DNA of 64,000 nucleotides, taken from the NCBI GenBank assembly GCA_964035545.1, contig OZ037765.1, positions 18,228,995-18,292,994 of the forward strand, read 5' to 3'. Source of the stretch: Bugula neritina (Eukaryota; Animalia; Bryozoa). How positions within the stretch are numbered: position 1 is the first letter of the stretch; each line of letters opens with the position of its first letter. The notes under the pieces were generated by a model. The model saw nothing but the letters and a program-made list of their open reading frames with translations, was not told where the DNA came from and made no database searches. This document shows positions 1 through 39,300 of this stretch, piece after piece. The position numbers were made by a program, and so were the translations under genes.

Positions 1-518
1 AATTGATAAGTAGGTGCAGCTATTGTACAGTGTTCTATAGAATAAACTCATCTGTTGCTATTTCCAATATTAAGTGTATTAGTGCACTGAGCAATAATAA
101 TACCGATCATTTGGTCACATGATCACTTTGTAACAAATAATTTCTCCAAGCAGGTTCACCAAATAAAGACTACTAGTGTCTTGTTGTTTGTAATGTGTCC
201 TGGTCTGGAGCATCTGATTTGCACTTGTGGTCATCAGCAAAATACAAGGCTGAGTTTATAGACTCAAATATCTGCTTTACAGATCTGCTGCATTTAATTT
301 GATGTATGATTGCTAGGTGAAACAGTTTTTGTAGTAAGACACTGTTGGAGGTGTGTTTTTGAACACCAAATTTCAATAATTAATGCTAAATTTAAAATAA
401 ATTCATTGAAACAAACAACTCAAGACACGCCATGTTTGACGATTGCTGAAGATTTATGATTATCATTTTTATATCAAATTTAATAATTCTTAATTCGACC
501 CTAATATTTTAATCACAG

Positions 519-28686
<28,168 letters not shown>

Positions 28687-29445
28687 AAATTAGATGGTCG
28701 AGTCAACTGTTGATGCTATACAACTCCTGACAGTGAAAGCGGTATCGTATATGTTGGCAACTGTCAGCGCATTCCGTGCTGTTGAGACAACGAATGAATT
28801 TACAACAATTATTGGAACTCTTGTGTGATTCTCTCCTTCTTGTGAGATCAGAGAAAGGTGGTGTTAGGGCTAAGTGAAGATTTGTAGCTTTAGACTGGAT
28901 GAGAACTATGTGCGAAGCAAGCAGTAACTAGTCTTTATAATACTTATATGCTTATGTTAATACCACAAAGAAAGTTGTCCTGTTATTACAATGCCAGGGT
29001 GCATAACTATACTCTGAATCATAAATTGACCATTCAGTTTAAAAAGATTCGAGTTGGAAGTTGATCAGTAATAGCATGGACAATAATTTGAGAACTGCTA
29101 AAACATATAAGTCAATTGGATTTGATTTAGTATAATTGAGGCAACAGAAGTTTGTTGGTATTAGTATAATGCTATAATATAATTTCACTTTATTAGGAAA
29201 AATAACACATTACATTAAAAAAAATTGAGTAAATAGTACATTTAAGTCACTCTTGGAAAATATTAGTATAATAACTAGCATATTGTTTTAATATTTACTA
29301 GACCTGAATTTTGATCTTTATATGTACATTTTTAAAAGAATTTCCACGTAACTTTTGCTGCAAAAGGAAAGTATCAGAATAACTGTTTGGTGGAAGTGAA
29401 CTTTAATTGAATAAATTTAGTACATTAATAAAACACCTTGTCCTG

Positions 29446-31259
29446 TTATTTGCTATGATCTGGAGTATTTAGACCATACTTCTGTTTGACCTCATTCAAC
29501 TCATCTCTTTTCTTTTCCACGTCTGTTTTCTTGAATTGCTGGAAAAATAATGCTCATCTTCTAAACAAACTGGCAGTGAGAAAAGTAATTTCTCATGACT
29601 ACAGTTTAGGCACATTTTAAATACATGCTGACCATCAATGGACAGATAATTTCATAATGAGCATAATGTCACTACATACAAACTGTACATACAAATAAGG
29701 CACATATTCTAAATTTTCCTCTATATTGACTTTTTTGTTAATGTAAACAAATCAAAGTAATGATTGCTTGAAGTAAAAAATATTATTGTAAGATAAATGT
29801 TTTACAAACCTTGTTAGGTTGATAATAAAGTACTACAAGATATCTGTTACAGACATTGAATCCAGATAAATGGTCACAGGCATTTTTTGCATCAAATATA
29901 TCTTCATAAACGACATAAGCAGTCCCTTTGGTCTCTGCTGTAGTACCTCTAAAAGTTACAAACCATGCTATTGGCTTACACAGCTATGCAATTATAACAA
30001 AATGCAGAAATATATTTCACCTTAGAGCACTTGTTTGTATCACAAGGCAGCTCGAAATTGGGTGATTCAAACTAAACATGTTGCTGAAGCCATAAAAATA
30101 GTAAGCCTAAAAAATACCCCCTTCTAAGAAAAGGGTTTATTTAGCTTTACTGATACCCCCATTAGCTAAACACCTATACTGTGTTTAGCCAATGTACCCA
30201 TTTTACGTTTATGTTGAATATAATTAGTAAATGATAAAACAATTCCATGTAGCATCAGTGGACCTACATTTTCGCTTCAATATCATTTTTAATGCAATTT
30301 AATACTGAACCTACACTCGAATTTGTCGAATAGCTCCATATTTCCCAAAGATGTCGTACATCTCTTCAGCTGTAATTCGATATGGTAGGTTCTTTATGTA
30401 CAGAATTCTGTTTACTTCTGGTGGTAAACGGACCTATAGCAAGTGAACATAAAATAAATCTAAAAAGTAATCAATCGAGTCGTTATCTGTGAAGTATGCA
30501 GTGGCTCGGCGAAAGTAATTGCTAATAGTAATTGAGAACAGCTAGAGTCTGTAATAAAAACATAAAGCAAGGTTACACCATCTAAACAGCTGTAAAGCAG
30601 ATGTCATCACGCAGATTACCAATTTATAAAATCTTTAAGAGTAAGTGTAACTGTAAGACTAAGAGTTAAAGTTACTGTTAGTGTTAGTCTAGCGACTGCA
30701 AGTGTCATCTCAGATCACTCAATCTGAATTTCATCACAGACTGAGACTCACATTCACAATTCCTGACTCACTCTTAGTCCCAGAGTGAGATCCAGTGACA
30801 GTTTGAGTCATAGTAAGAGTGTCTAGTGCTAGTACTAGTAGTACTAGTAGTACTTGTACTAGGTCTAGTACAAGTAGTAGTACTACTACTAGTAGTACTT
30901 GTACTAGGTCTAATAGTAGTACTACTATTACTAATGGTATTAGTACTAGTAGCAGTTGACTAGTAGTAGTAGTAGTACTAGTAGTAGTAGTAGTAGTAGT
31001 AGTAGTTGACTAGTAGAAGTAGTACTACTACTAGTAGTACTAGTTTAGTTATACTATCGCATAGTTAATAATATATTATTAATAATCATAATATTAATAT
31101 TATTATAATTATACTATTATTTGTTAAAACTGACTAAATAACAATAAACTATAAGAATAAACTATAATAATAAAGACAACGTTGAACTTAGATTGACTTG
31201 CATTGCTTAGAAATATTTAAGTTTCTACTCACGTTGTTTGATTTTTTACTCAATGCCAT
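29446..31259 (-). CDS. SF3B6: Splicing factor 3B subunit 6 (p14 / SF3B14), 4 exons
   Basis: Exons 31259-31233 (MALSKKSNN), 30433-30315 ([40 protein letters not shown]), 29948-29810 ([46 protein letters not shown]) and 29538-29446 ([30 protein letters not shown]-stop). All introns GT-AG. Not in the ORF track because the exons are short. Confidence 0.98.
30640..31180. repeat. Period-3/6 low-complexity tract in SF3B6 intron 1 (drifting hexamers, then TAG/TAC, then AAT)
   Basis: Examples: gtaactgtaagactaagagttaaagttactgttagtgttagt; (tag/tac)n at 30820-31045, including the palindrome tacttgtactaggtctagtacaagta; aat/tat runs at 31065-31150. Confidence 0.85.
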
Positions 31260-31593
31260 TCTAAAACTAGATGAAACCTAACTACACTGTTTTCGTTATT
31301 ACTGGCAGTTGGTGGGTCTCACAGGTTTTGGTAGAATGACGATTTATAAGTATATCAGATCGATATAATTCAATGTGAATGCCGATCAAATGACTCATAA
31401 ATTTAGGAAATAGTCTTGTGCTCTCAATTACATGCTTTTATTTTCATACTTTTTTTTAATTAGAAATAACTATTAAAATAACAATTTGAAAATTGCAAAA
31501 ATACTTAGGCTTGTTCTAATTTTTTTTTTTAGATTTAAAAGTTTGGTTTCATTCTTTAAGAGTATATTCGTTCTTTTCCGCTAAACACGCATC
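31260..31593. promoter_or_regulatory. Bidirectional promoter region SF3B6 / RPL7, with polypyrimidine TCT/5'TOP-like start ttcttttcc at 31571-31579
   Basis: The divergent ATGs are 334 bp apart. A pyrimidine tract 15-23 nt before the RPL7 ATG is typical of ribosomal-protein gene starts. Confidence 0.75.
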
Positions 31594-33544
31594 ATGGTTG
31601 CTTCGTAAGTAGTTTGGGCACTTTCTCTATCGTTTTACATCTTGCATATATTCAACAAATTTCTAGTTTTACTGATCATAGCATCAAACTAGATAATATT
31701 TGTGCTGTTTAAAACATTTTTATTTGTTACTTTCCTGCATATTGATTTGGAAATGTTCCTGTAGGAGCAGAAATATCCGACAATGCCCAAAGTTTTAGTT
31801 TAAATAGGAAAAATTATTTAATAAAAAAAGAACCATAAGTTAACAGCATATCATATCATTTAATTTGCAGAAAAACTCCCAAGGTTCCCGAAACTCTTGC
31901 CAAGAGAAAAAAGGCAGCTGAGGAGTACAAGGCTAAGCTGAAAGAGGCAACTATCTGCAGGAATAAGGTACGAACAGAGATTTAGATGGCTTTAAGTTTA
32001 TGTTAATATTTCATTTTTGTGATTTAAGTTTTTCTTAGTATATTTTCATCTTTTTGCAAATTAATTATCAACATTTGCCCTTGTTTCAATTGAACTTGAT
32101 AGTCGTCACTGTGATTATAAGATACTAGCAAATCTATTGCTACATCATAATCAATGTCATTTAATTTTTAAATGAATATTTCTATTTGCAATAAATTTAG
32201 TTGCATGCCTTAGTAATTGTTGAAATTAATAATAGTTGTACTATCACTTGTGTAAATACTCAGCTCTGAGTTGCTTTTTCAGCTGAATGAAAACATGGAA
32301 ATTTCTTGCTTTAGTCATCATTCTTATTTTATGCATCCTACCGCCATCTTGTCACCGTTTTCATGACTAGGTGGTGTAATGGATATGCTAGAACAATTAA
32401 TGGCATTTACCAAAGCTCATTGGTGTTTTCATTGTTGAGCTACGATTGCCAATTAACAATACATAATATCAAAGTTACAACTTTCTTGAGTTCTAATTAT
32501 TGTATCCTCAGCCATTTTGTTGTCATCAAATTAGACACAGATTACTTGTTCTACGATTTTATGTAATCGCACAGGGGAAACTTCTAGGCTAGATTGTGTA
32601 GTCTTCTAGTGCTGTTTTCTAGCCTTGTTATTAGTTGTGATTAAAAGATGTCACCCTTACAGGCCAAGAAACTCAAAAGGCAAGATATATTTAAAAGAGC
32701 TGAAAAATATGCAAAAGAATATGCAACTGCCGAAAGAGAGCTTATCAACAACAAAAGAGCTGCTCGAAAAGCCAACAATTACTTCGTTCCTGCTCAGCCC
32801 AAAGTTGCCTTTGTTATCCGTATAAGAGGGTAAGTAAAATTTCAATGTTGTATTTTGATGGTGATATAAAAAATGTAAAGCAACATTGATTATCCTAAGC
32901 TAAATTCATTGAAAAATACTTTCATGATTGGTTACCAACTTTTACTTCTTTTAGTATCAATGGTGTGCCACCAAAACCCAGAAAGGTCTTACAGTTGCTG
33001 AGACTTCGACAAATCAACAATGGCACATTTGTGAAGTTGAACAAGGCTACCATCAATATGCTCCGAATTGCAGAACCATACATCACATGGGGATATCCAA
33101 ACCTGAAATCTGTTCGTGAACTCGTTTATAAAAGAGGGTTTGGACGTGTCGACAACAGAAGAATAGCTCTTACTGAAAACTCAATAGTTGAAAACAAACT
33201 TGGTAAACATATACTGCTTTATAATATGATCATATAGTATCAATGTGAGGTGTTCAGTAGCATTTGTTTTGAAATGGTAATAGGCAATTGTTGCAGTAAC
33301 CACTTTGCATTCCTTTATTAATCTACATTTTGTAGGCAAGTGTGATATCATATGCATGGAGGATTTGATTCATGAGTTGTTTACTGTTGGACCCAATTTC
33401 AAAAAGGCCAACAAGTTCCTGTGGCACTTCAAGCTGAATACTCCCAATGGAGGCTGGAGAAAGAAGGGAAATCACTTTGTTGATGGTGGTGATTTTGGTT
33501 GCCGTGATGATATGATCAACCCATTGTTGAGAAGAATGATATAA
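31594..33544 (+). CDS. RPL7: 60S ribosomal protein L7 (uL30), 5 exons
   Basis: Exons 31594-31604, 31871-31967 ([14 protein letters not shown]), 32663-32829 ([28 protein letters not shown]), 32955-33202 ([51 protein letters not shown]) and 33336-33544 ([18 protein letters not shown]-stop). AATAAA at 33561. Confidence 0.99.
32331..32461 (+). ncRNA. Box H/ACA snoRNA candidate in RPL7 intron 2
   Basis: Hairpin 1 (gcatcc..ccgcc..gtca / tgac..ggtgg..ggatatgc), then H box AGAACA (32390-32395). Hairpin 2 (ttaatggca..agctca / tgagct..tgccaattaa), then ACA at 32456-32458 plus 3 nt. Length ~131 nt; the host is a ribosomal-protein gene. Confidence 0.8.
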
Positions 33545-36311
33545 TTCTCTGTATCAATGAAATAAATAAAAGAAATATACACCTATCAATCAAGCCCATT
33601 GATCACCCATCCACATATAAACACTCAATGAGCATAAGTCTAAGATCACTTTAATTAGTGTTGACTGGCCATTGATGGTGGAGGTGCTGGTGCTCAGATT
33701 GCTTCTCTACACATTTAGTGGTATAATTTAGCTAACTTCTTTTTACTAAAAAAATACTAGTCCAGACATTTCTTTTCTATGCAATTGGGATAAATGTGTG
33801 CCTAATATTTTAATTCTAAGGTATCAACAGTTGATAAAGCCTGTGATACAAAATGCCCTCTTAAGTGGTGCTTAAACCTCCTTGTTGATGCATCAACTGG
33901 TATTTAACTTGGTCGAGTCCTGCCAAACATATATGGGACCATCACACCTGGTTTGAGTATGCCTAAATTTTTCTTGAAGAAAGTGCTAAGTAAAATATGT
34001 TTCAAGGGCTTTGTGCTCCGGTAACAAAACCTGCAGCGCATTTCGGTTGGTGTCGTAAGTTGTGTGCTGAACAACATGAATATTCTGTAATATGCAAGAT
34101 CATGTACTCCCTAAATATATAATGTAATGATTTGGGAAAAATATCGTGACCAGGGTGTTGCACTGGGTAGCCCTGCAAGAGCTGTGTGGGGGGGGGGGGG
34201 GTCAAATGCCTGTAAATTAAATTGTGCCCCAAGTGCTTATGGTTGTAGTTTCTGCCAATGCAACTGTTCCCAACATCGAAGGGAGACTCTTTCCACATAA
34301 TGTGAAGCAATGGTGTGTGCCCAGATCATTTTATTGTCCCCTGCCCCTAAAGTTTTCCCAAATATTTTTAGTTTATTTTAGGTTGAAATTTGCAACAAAT
34401 TCATTTGTCGGTCAGGTTACTTTCACTGATTGGTTCGAGTCCAATTGAAATGCCTTGCTTCTGCAAGGATTTTGCATTTCATGCGTTGGGCACAGTTTAA
34501 GCTTCTGATGTTTTCTCTGTGGCTTTACTTAATTGTCATATTTCTTAGTTTTGTCATGGCTCTTTGCATTAATTTCTATCGTAACTGTTGGAATATTAAT
34601 GTCCCTTTATTACTTTATGTCACTAGTGCAGTCAGTGGTCCAGGTCTGGAGAAAATGGTGGGGTACACAAGTAGAATGCTAGCGAAAAACAGTAAAGTAT
34701 CCTACTGCCAACTTGAAAACAAATATAATCACTTGTGTGTTTTATTTGCACATAGATTATTAAATCAGGTGAGTGTTGAAAAATTTACAAAGAAAACGAC
34801 TTCATACATTGATGTTCACTTGTTACAAATAATTTGTATTAAACTTTACATTTTCTACAAATGAACTGTGCATCAATAGCACATATAAACCTGAAAGAAA
34901 AGTTGATCAGGTGAGTCGAACAGACTGCTCATGTCGGGTCAACAACCATGGCTATCACCAACTCATTTGATATGGTTTTCATCACTTCATAGAGCTTTGT
35001 GTCCAAACACCTACCTTTCATTGCTAATTTCTCATGCACAGAGTGTAATGGGATTTTATGGTGGGGCTAAATTTAGGAAACACCAAAAAATATGTTGAGG
35101 GGGTGCTGGTTATAAAAATTGAAACTCCCAGTAAAAACGCAACATCTTCATGCAGGGGGTACTGTGAAATATGCTATAATCCTCATAATCCAAAAATGGT
35201 AGTCGTATAGATTTGACCTATTGATATTTCACCAATCGGATTTTCAAGCTGCTTAATGTCAGGCTAGTTAGGCTTTTCAACTGAAATTTTCCATAACATT
35301 TCTAACACTCTCTAACTTGTTCTACTCTTAAATATTTAATTCGCCCAGAGTGGTCAAAATTCGTGTCTATTACGTTGAGTTGCCTGATACTTCAGATTAA
35401 ATAAATTTTTACCTACTTTGCCATTTATGTCATTATTACCTGTGCCATTTTTACATGTAATCATATAGCACCATCTTAATTGCTGCAAATAGTAAAATTT
35501 TATATTCATGATTGAATAGCAGACAAAGAACTATAGATAGCAGGAAAAATATTTATGTAAAGTTGGTTATATCAGCAATAAAACATAATATAACATAAAA
35601 TTATTACTGCTGCTACAAAGAAGTAAAATACTTATTAAATAAAATTACATACCAGTACATAGAAATGATGTTTAAGCAAACTTCAGCACATGTTGTGCAT
35701 AAATGAACTACATTTTATTGTTGAACTAAATTGTCTATAGTCAAAATCAACCAATGACTTGAGTTAATCTAAGTTAACATGAATAGACGAACAAGTCTTT
35801 AACTAAAGCATAAATTTAACATTTTTAAATGAACCTACCATTATTTATTGAAGATGAACGAATAAAAAATAAATAAAAAACAGTTGGTATTATTAAAATT
35901 TCAATTACCATTGAAATTATTTACCAGTATTAGAACTATTGTTAATTACTATGCAGGGTTTTCATTCATATGCTGTTAGGTGCTATGATTGAAAAGAATT
36001 ATTTTAAAAGTGCCAACAACTAAATTAAAGAATTTGGGACTTTACCCAAACATCAAAAACTTGCAGCAAGTCAAACTTTTGGGTCAAGTTGTGTTTAGTC
36101 AGCTAGTTGAGCAAATGGAATCAATGACCTTAGCAAGTTTCTACATGACTTGAAACCAGCTCCGGAATTTACAAACATAATAAGTTATATGTGATTACTT
36201 ACTAAAATGCTTAAGCATAGTTAAGCCCTTCAACTGCAGCCTGCAGCAAATATTAGACACCGACTATCTAGGATACTGCTTATATTGTATCTACAACAAC
36301 TAAAATATTAT

Positions 36312-39300
36312 TCAATGTTGTGTTCCTAATGAGACATATCTATTGCGAATAGTAAAGGCTGCAGGTTTTGGCTGTCGCTGCCTGGTAAAAATTCCTTTGT
36401 GGTTACCATATGGTCTGTTAACACCTGACAACAAATAAAGCAAATGGTAAAAATATTCTTTTGTCATAGAACAAAGAAGTTTTATGCATTTTTCAACTTA
36501 TTCGAGTTTGGGTTGCATTGACTGAATAATTACTCTGTAACATTTTGCTCCTCCTACAAAGACAACTCCAAATTGACCAGTTTTTAAATTTTACCAAGCT
36601 TACAATTAATTCTTCGGTTTCATAATGTAAAGAAACATGACTAACACATTAAGGTGCAGTAGTAGAGAGATTTCAATAGCCCAATTCCTTATTTTCATAA
36701 TAGATTTTGGTTAGGGGCACGTTATAGTTTAGATATGGGCTTATTGCCATAACTATCTAACCTGCATTATTAGAATTATTAGAATCATCTACCTTGAACA
36801 GTCATAAAGTCAGCAAAGTTCCACACCATTTCTCCCACCAAATAATCATTTCTGAGCACATCAAATACTGTATGATGGGCTTTAAGATAATCCACCTGAA
36901 AGTCTTCTGTGAATGACGTTGTAGGCAGCTACAAAAGATGTAAAGCAATGTCAAGTTATGACAGAGTACAAAAAGCGTAACCAGCAGCAATAGAGTTTGT
37001 ACAACAATTTTACACTATTATAACCAATGCAAGTTTGCCTTTGGCTAGGTATACATTACAGTAGCATTGGCACTCTGACGGGAGAAGTTCGTGAAATAAG
37101 AAGAAACAAAATGGACATGAAAAACAGCTGGAAGAAGTGAGGAATGTAAGAGATGAGTGTAATTTATACACTGCAGTTGAAAAAAAAACAAATAATAGAA
37201 TTGAGATATGATTGAGCAGCAAATGACAGGAAAGAACAGCTAAAGTGAAGAGAACACCAGACATGACCATAAGCTTAAACCTCACACACTAGGCAAGACC
37301 ATAAGCTTAAAAGCACAATCTCAGTACATGCACTACAGCAAGGTTGTGACCCGAAAAAGGAAGATAGCTTCTTTAATCAACAGACAAAAATCCACCAAAG
37401 CGTAGAGAAAAATAGGAGAGGCATGAGACAAATAGAGACATTTTACTGGTGTGTTGTGTGACAAGAAGGTTCCAACGTGATTGAAGATGCTGCTAAACAA
37501 AGTTTCCATTTGACCGGCATTGTTGCATGGCACTAGAAATGGCTACTCACACAACATCTGGAAGATTGATTTAGTCTCACAGAAATGAGGATTTTGCGCT
37601 ACATCAATGGCATCAGCCTGCACAAAAAGAATGAGAAAATCCGAGACATAGCAGGAGGAAAAGCAGTAACCATGTTGATGAGGAATTGACGTCTAGAATG
37701 GTAAGGGCATGTATGAAGGAGAGAAAAAGAGGCAGAAATAGAGAGAGTCAGTAACACCAGTGTTGTGAGCAAGAGAAAAAAGGAAGACCTAAACATAGGT
37801 AAATGGCTGCTATGCATTATAATACCCACAAGGACCAAAACAGCAATGGTGTGAAACAGTAAAGACCGCAACTTACACTATGGAATCCCGAAATGGTATC
37901 AGCTCCATATTCGCTAAGAATGATAGATTTATTAAATGTCTTATGCCACATATCAAGGTCTTGTTTGATTTGTAAGCCTATTACTTCGATATGTCCCATG
38001 TCCGAGTACCAGGCGTAGTAATGGTTGACGCAGATAATATCAACGTAGGGTACAACCTGGTCTTTCCAGTAATCACTAGGGCCAATTACAAAAGTAACTA
38101 AACGTGTTGAATCGGCTTGCCGCGTTGTACTGATTACTTCTCTATAAAAAAAAACACAAACCAAACATATGCATGTTGTAAAGCTTGAGTGAAACAGTGC
38201 ATATAAGTTCAAATTATATATTTGTTCACTATAGCCTTGGGTATGAAAGTAAAATTATTGCAGTTCAACCTATTGTATATTAAAGAGCTTTATACAATAC
38301 TTCAGTAGTATTTCTAGTGCGTTTAAAAAATATTAACCAAGCGGGCTAGATTTTAAAATTAGCAAACTTTCATTATACATTCCATAATGCAAAAGAAAAT
38401 GATCAACAAACTATCATTATGATATAACCTTTTAACTTACATAGTTGATTTGCATCACAAGATATTATCTTTTTATGCGGCTCTAATGCAAATATAATTA
38501 AATTTAGTAAATACTAAATTTTATAATATGAATCAAATTTTAAGTATCATCAGTTTACAATGAATCGACAGCCATATTTAATTTCATGGTAACAAGAACA
38601 CACTATGATCTGTGTAACTAACTTGAAATAAGGGCCAGCATTGGGGTCAGCAGACACTGGTTCATTGGCCACCGACCACATGACAACGCTAGGTCTGTTC
38701 TTGTCTCTCGCCACTAATTCTCTCATTACACTCTTATGATGCTCTAAGGACACATTGCCAAGGTTATTGAATCTGAAAATAGTGATTGCCAAGATTGCTA
38801 AAAAACCAGATTTATGAATAAAAGGTAGCAAAATTATCATAGTTTAACAGACTATTATCATTAAATGCAATTATTATCTGTATACAAACAGTATTCTACA
38901 ACTATCCGCAACAATCCAATACTTCTGTAATATACTGCAATGCAATAAATAGTCACAATAATGTCGTCCAAATTATGCTAACTTATTTCTAATGATGACT
39001 TTATGCAGTGTCAAAACATTAAAATGGAAAAAAAATTCGAAGAGCAATTTCAAGTTGAAGAAATTTTCTAAAACGGGCAAAAAAGGGAAATGCATCACAC
39101 AACTTAGATTTAGTTACAACTATTACATATTTTGCACGAACCATAAACTGCTAGAATTCAAAGACTAAACTTTTAATTAGTACAACCTCTTATCTCACAA
39201 GCTACAATAAAAGATGAGGAAAATTGAAAAATATACAAACATGTATTTTAAGTTTATCAATGATATATGACTGCATCATACTTAATTCCTACTCCTGGGC

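Noticed and set aside
34002-34864. ORFs of 102, 74 and 144 aa downstream of RPL7
   Set aside because: No recognisable homology or consistent exon chain; one ORF runs through a poly-G tract.
37010-37871. Hydrophobic minus-strand ORFs (91, 66 and 90 aa) inside GUSB
   Set aside because: Antisense reading of the purine-rich RTE LINE remnant; GUSB splices across it in frame.
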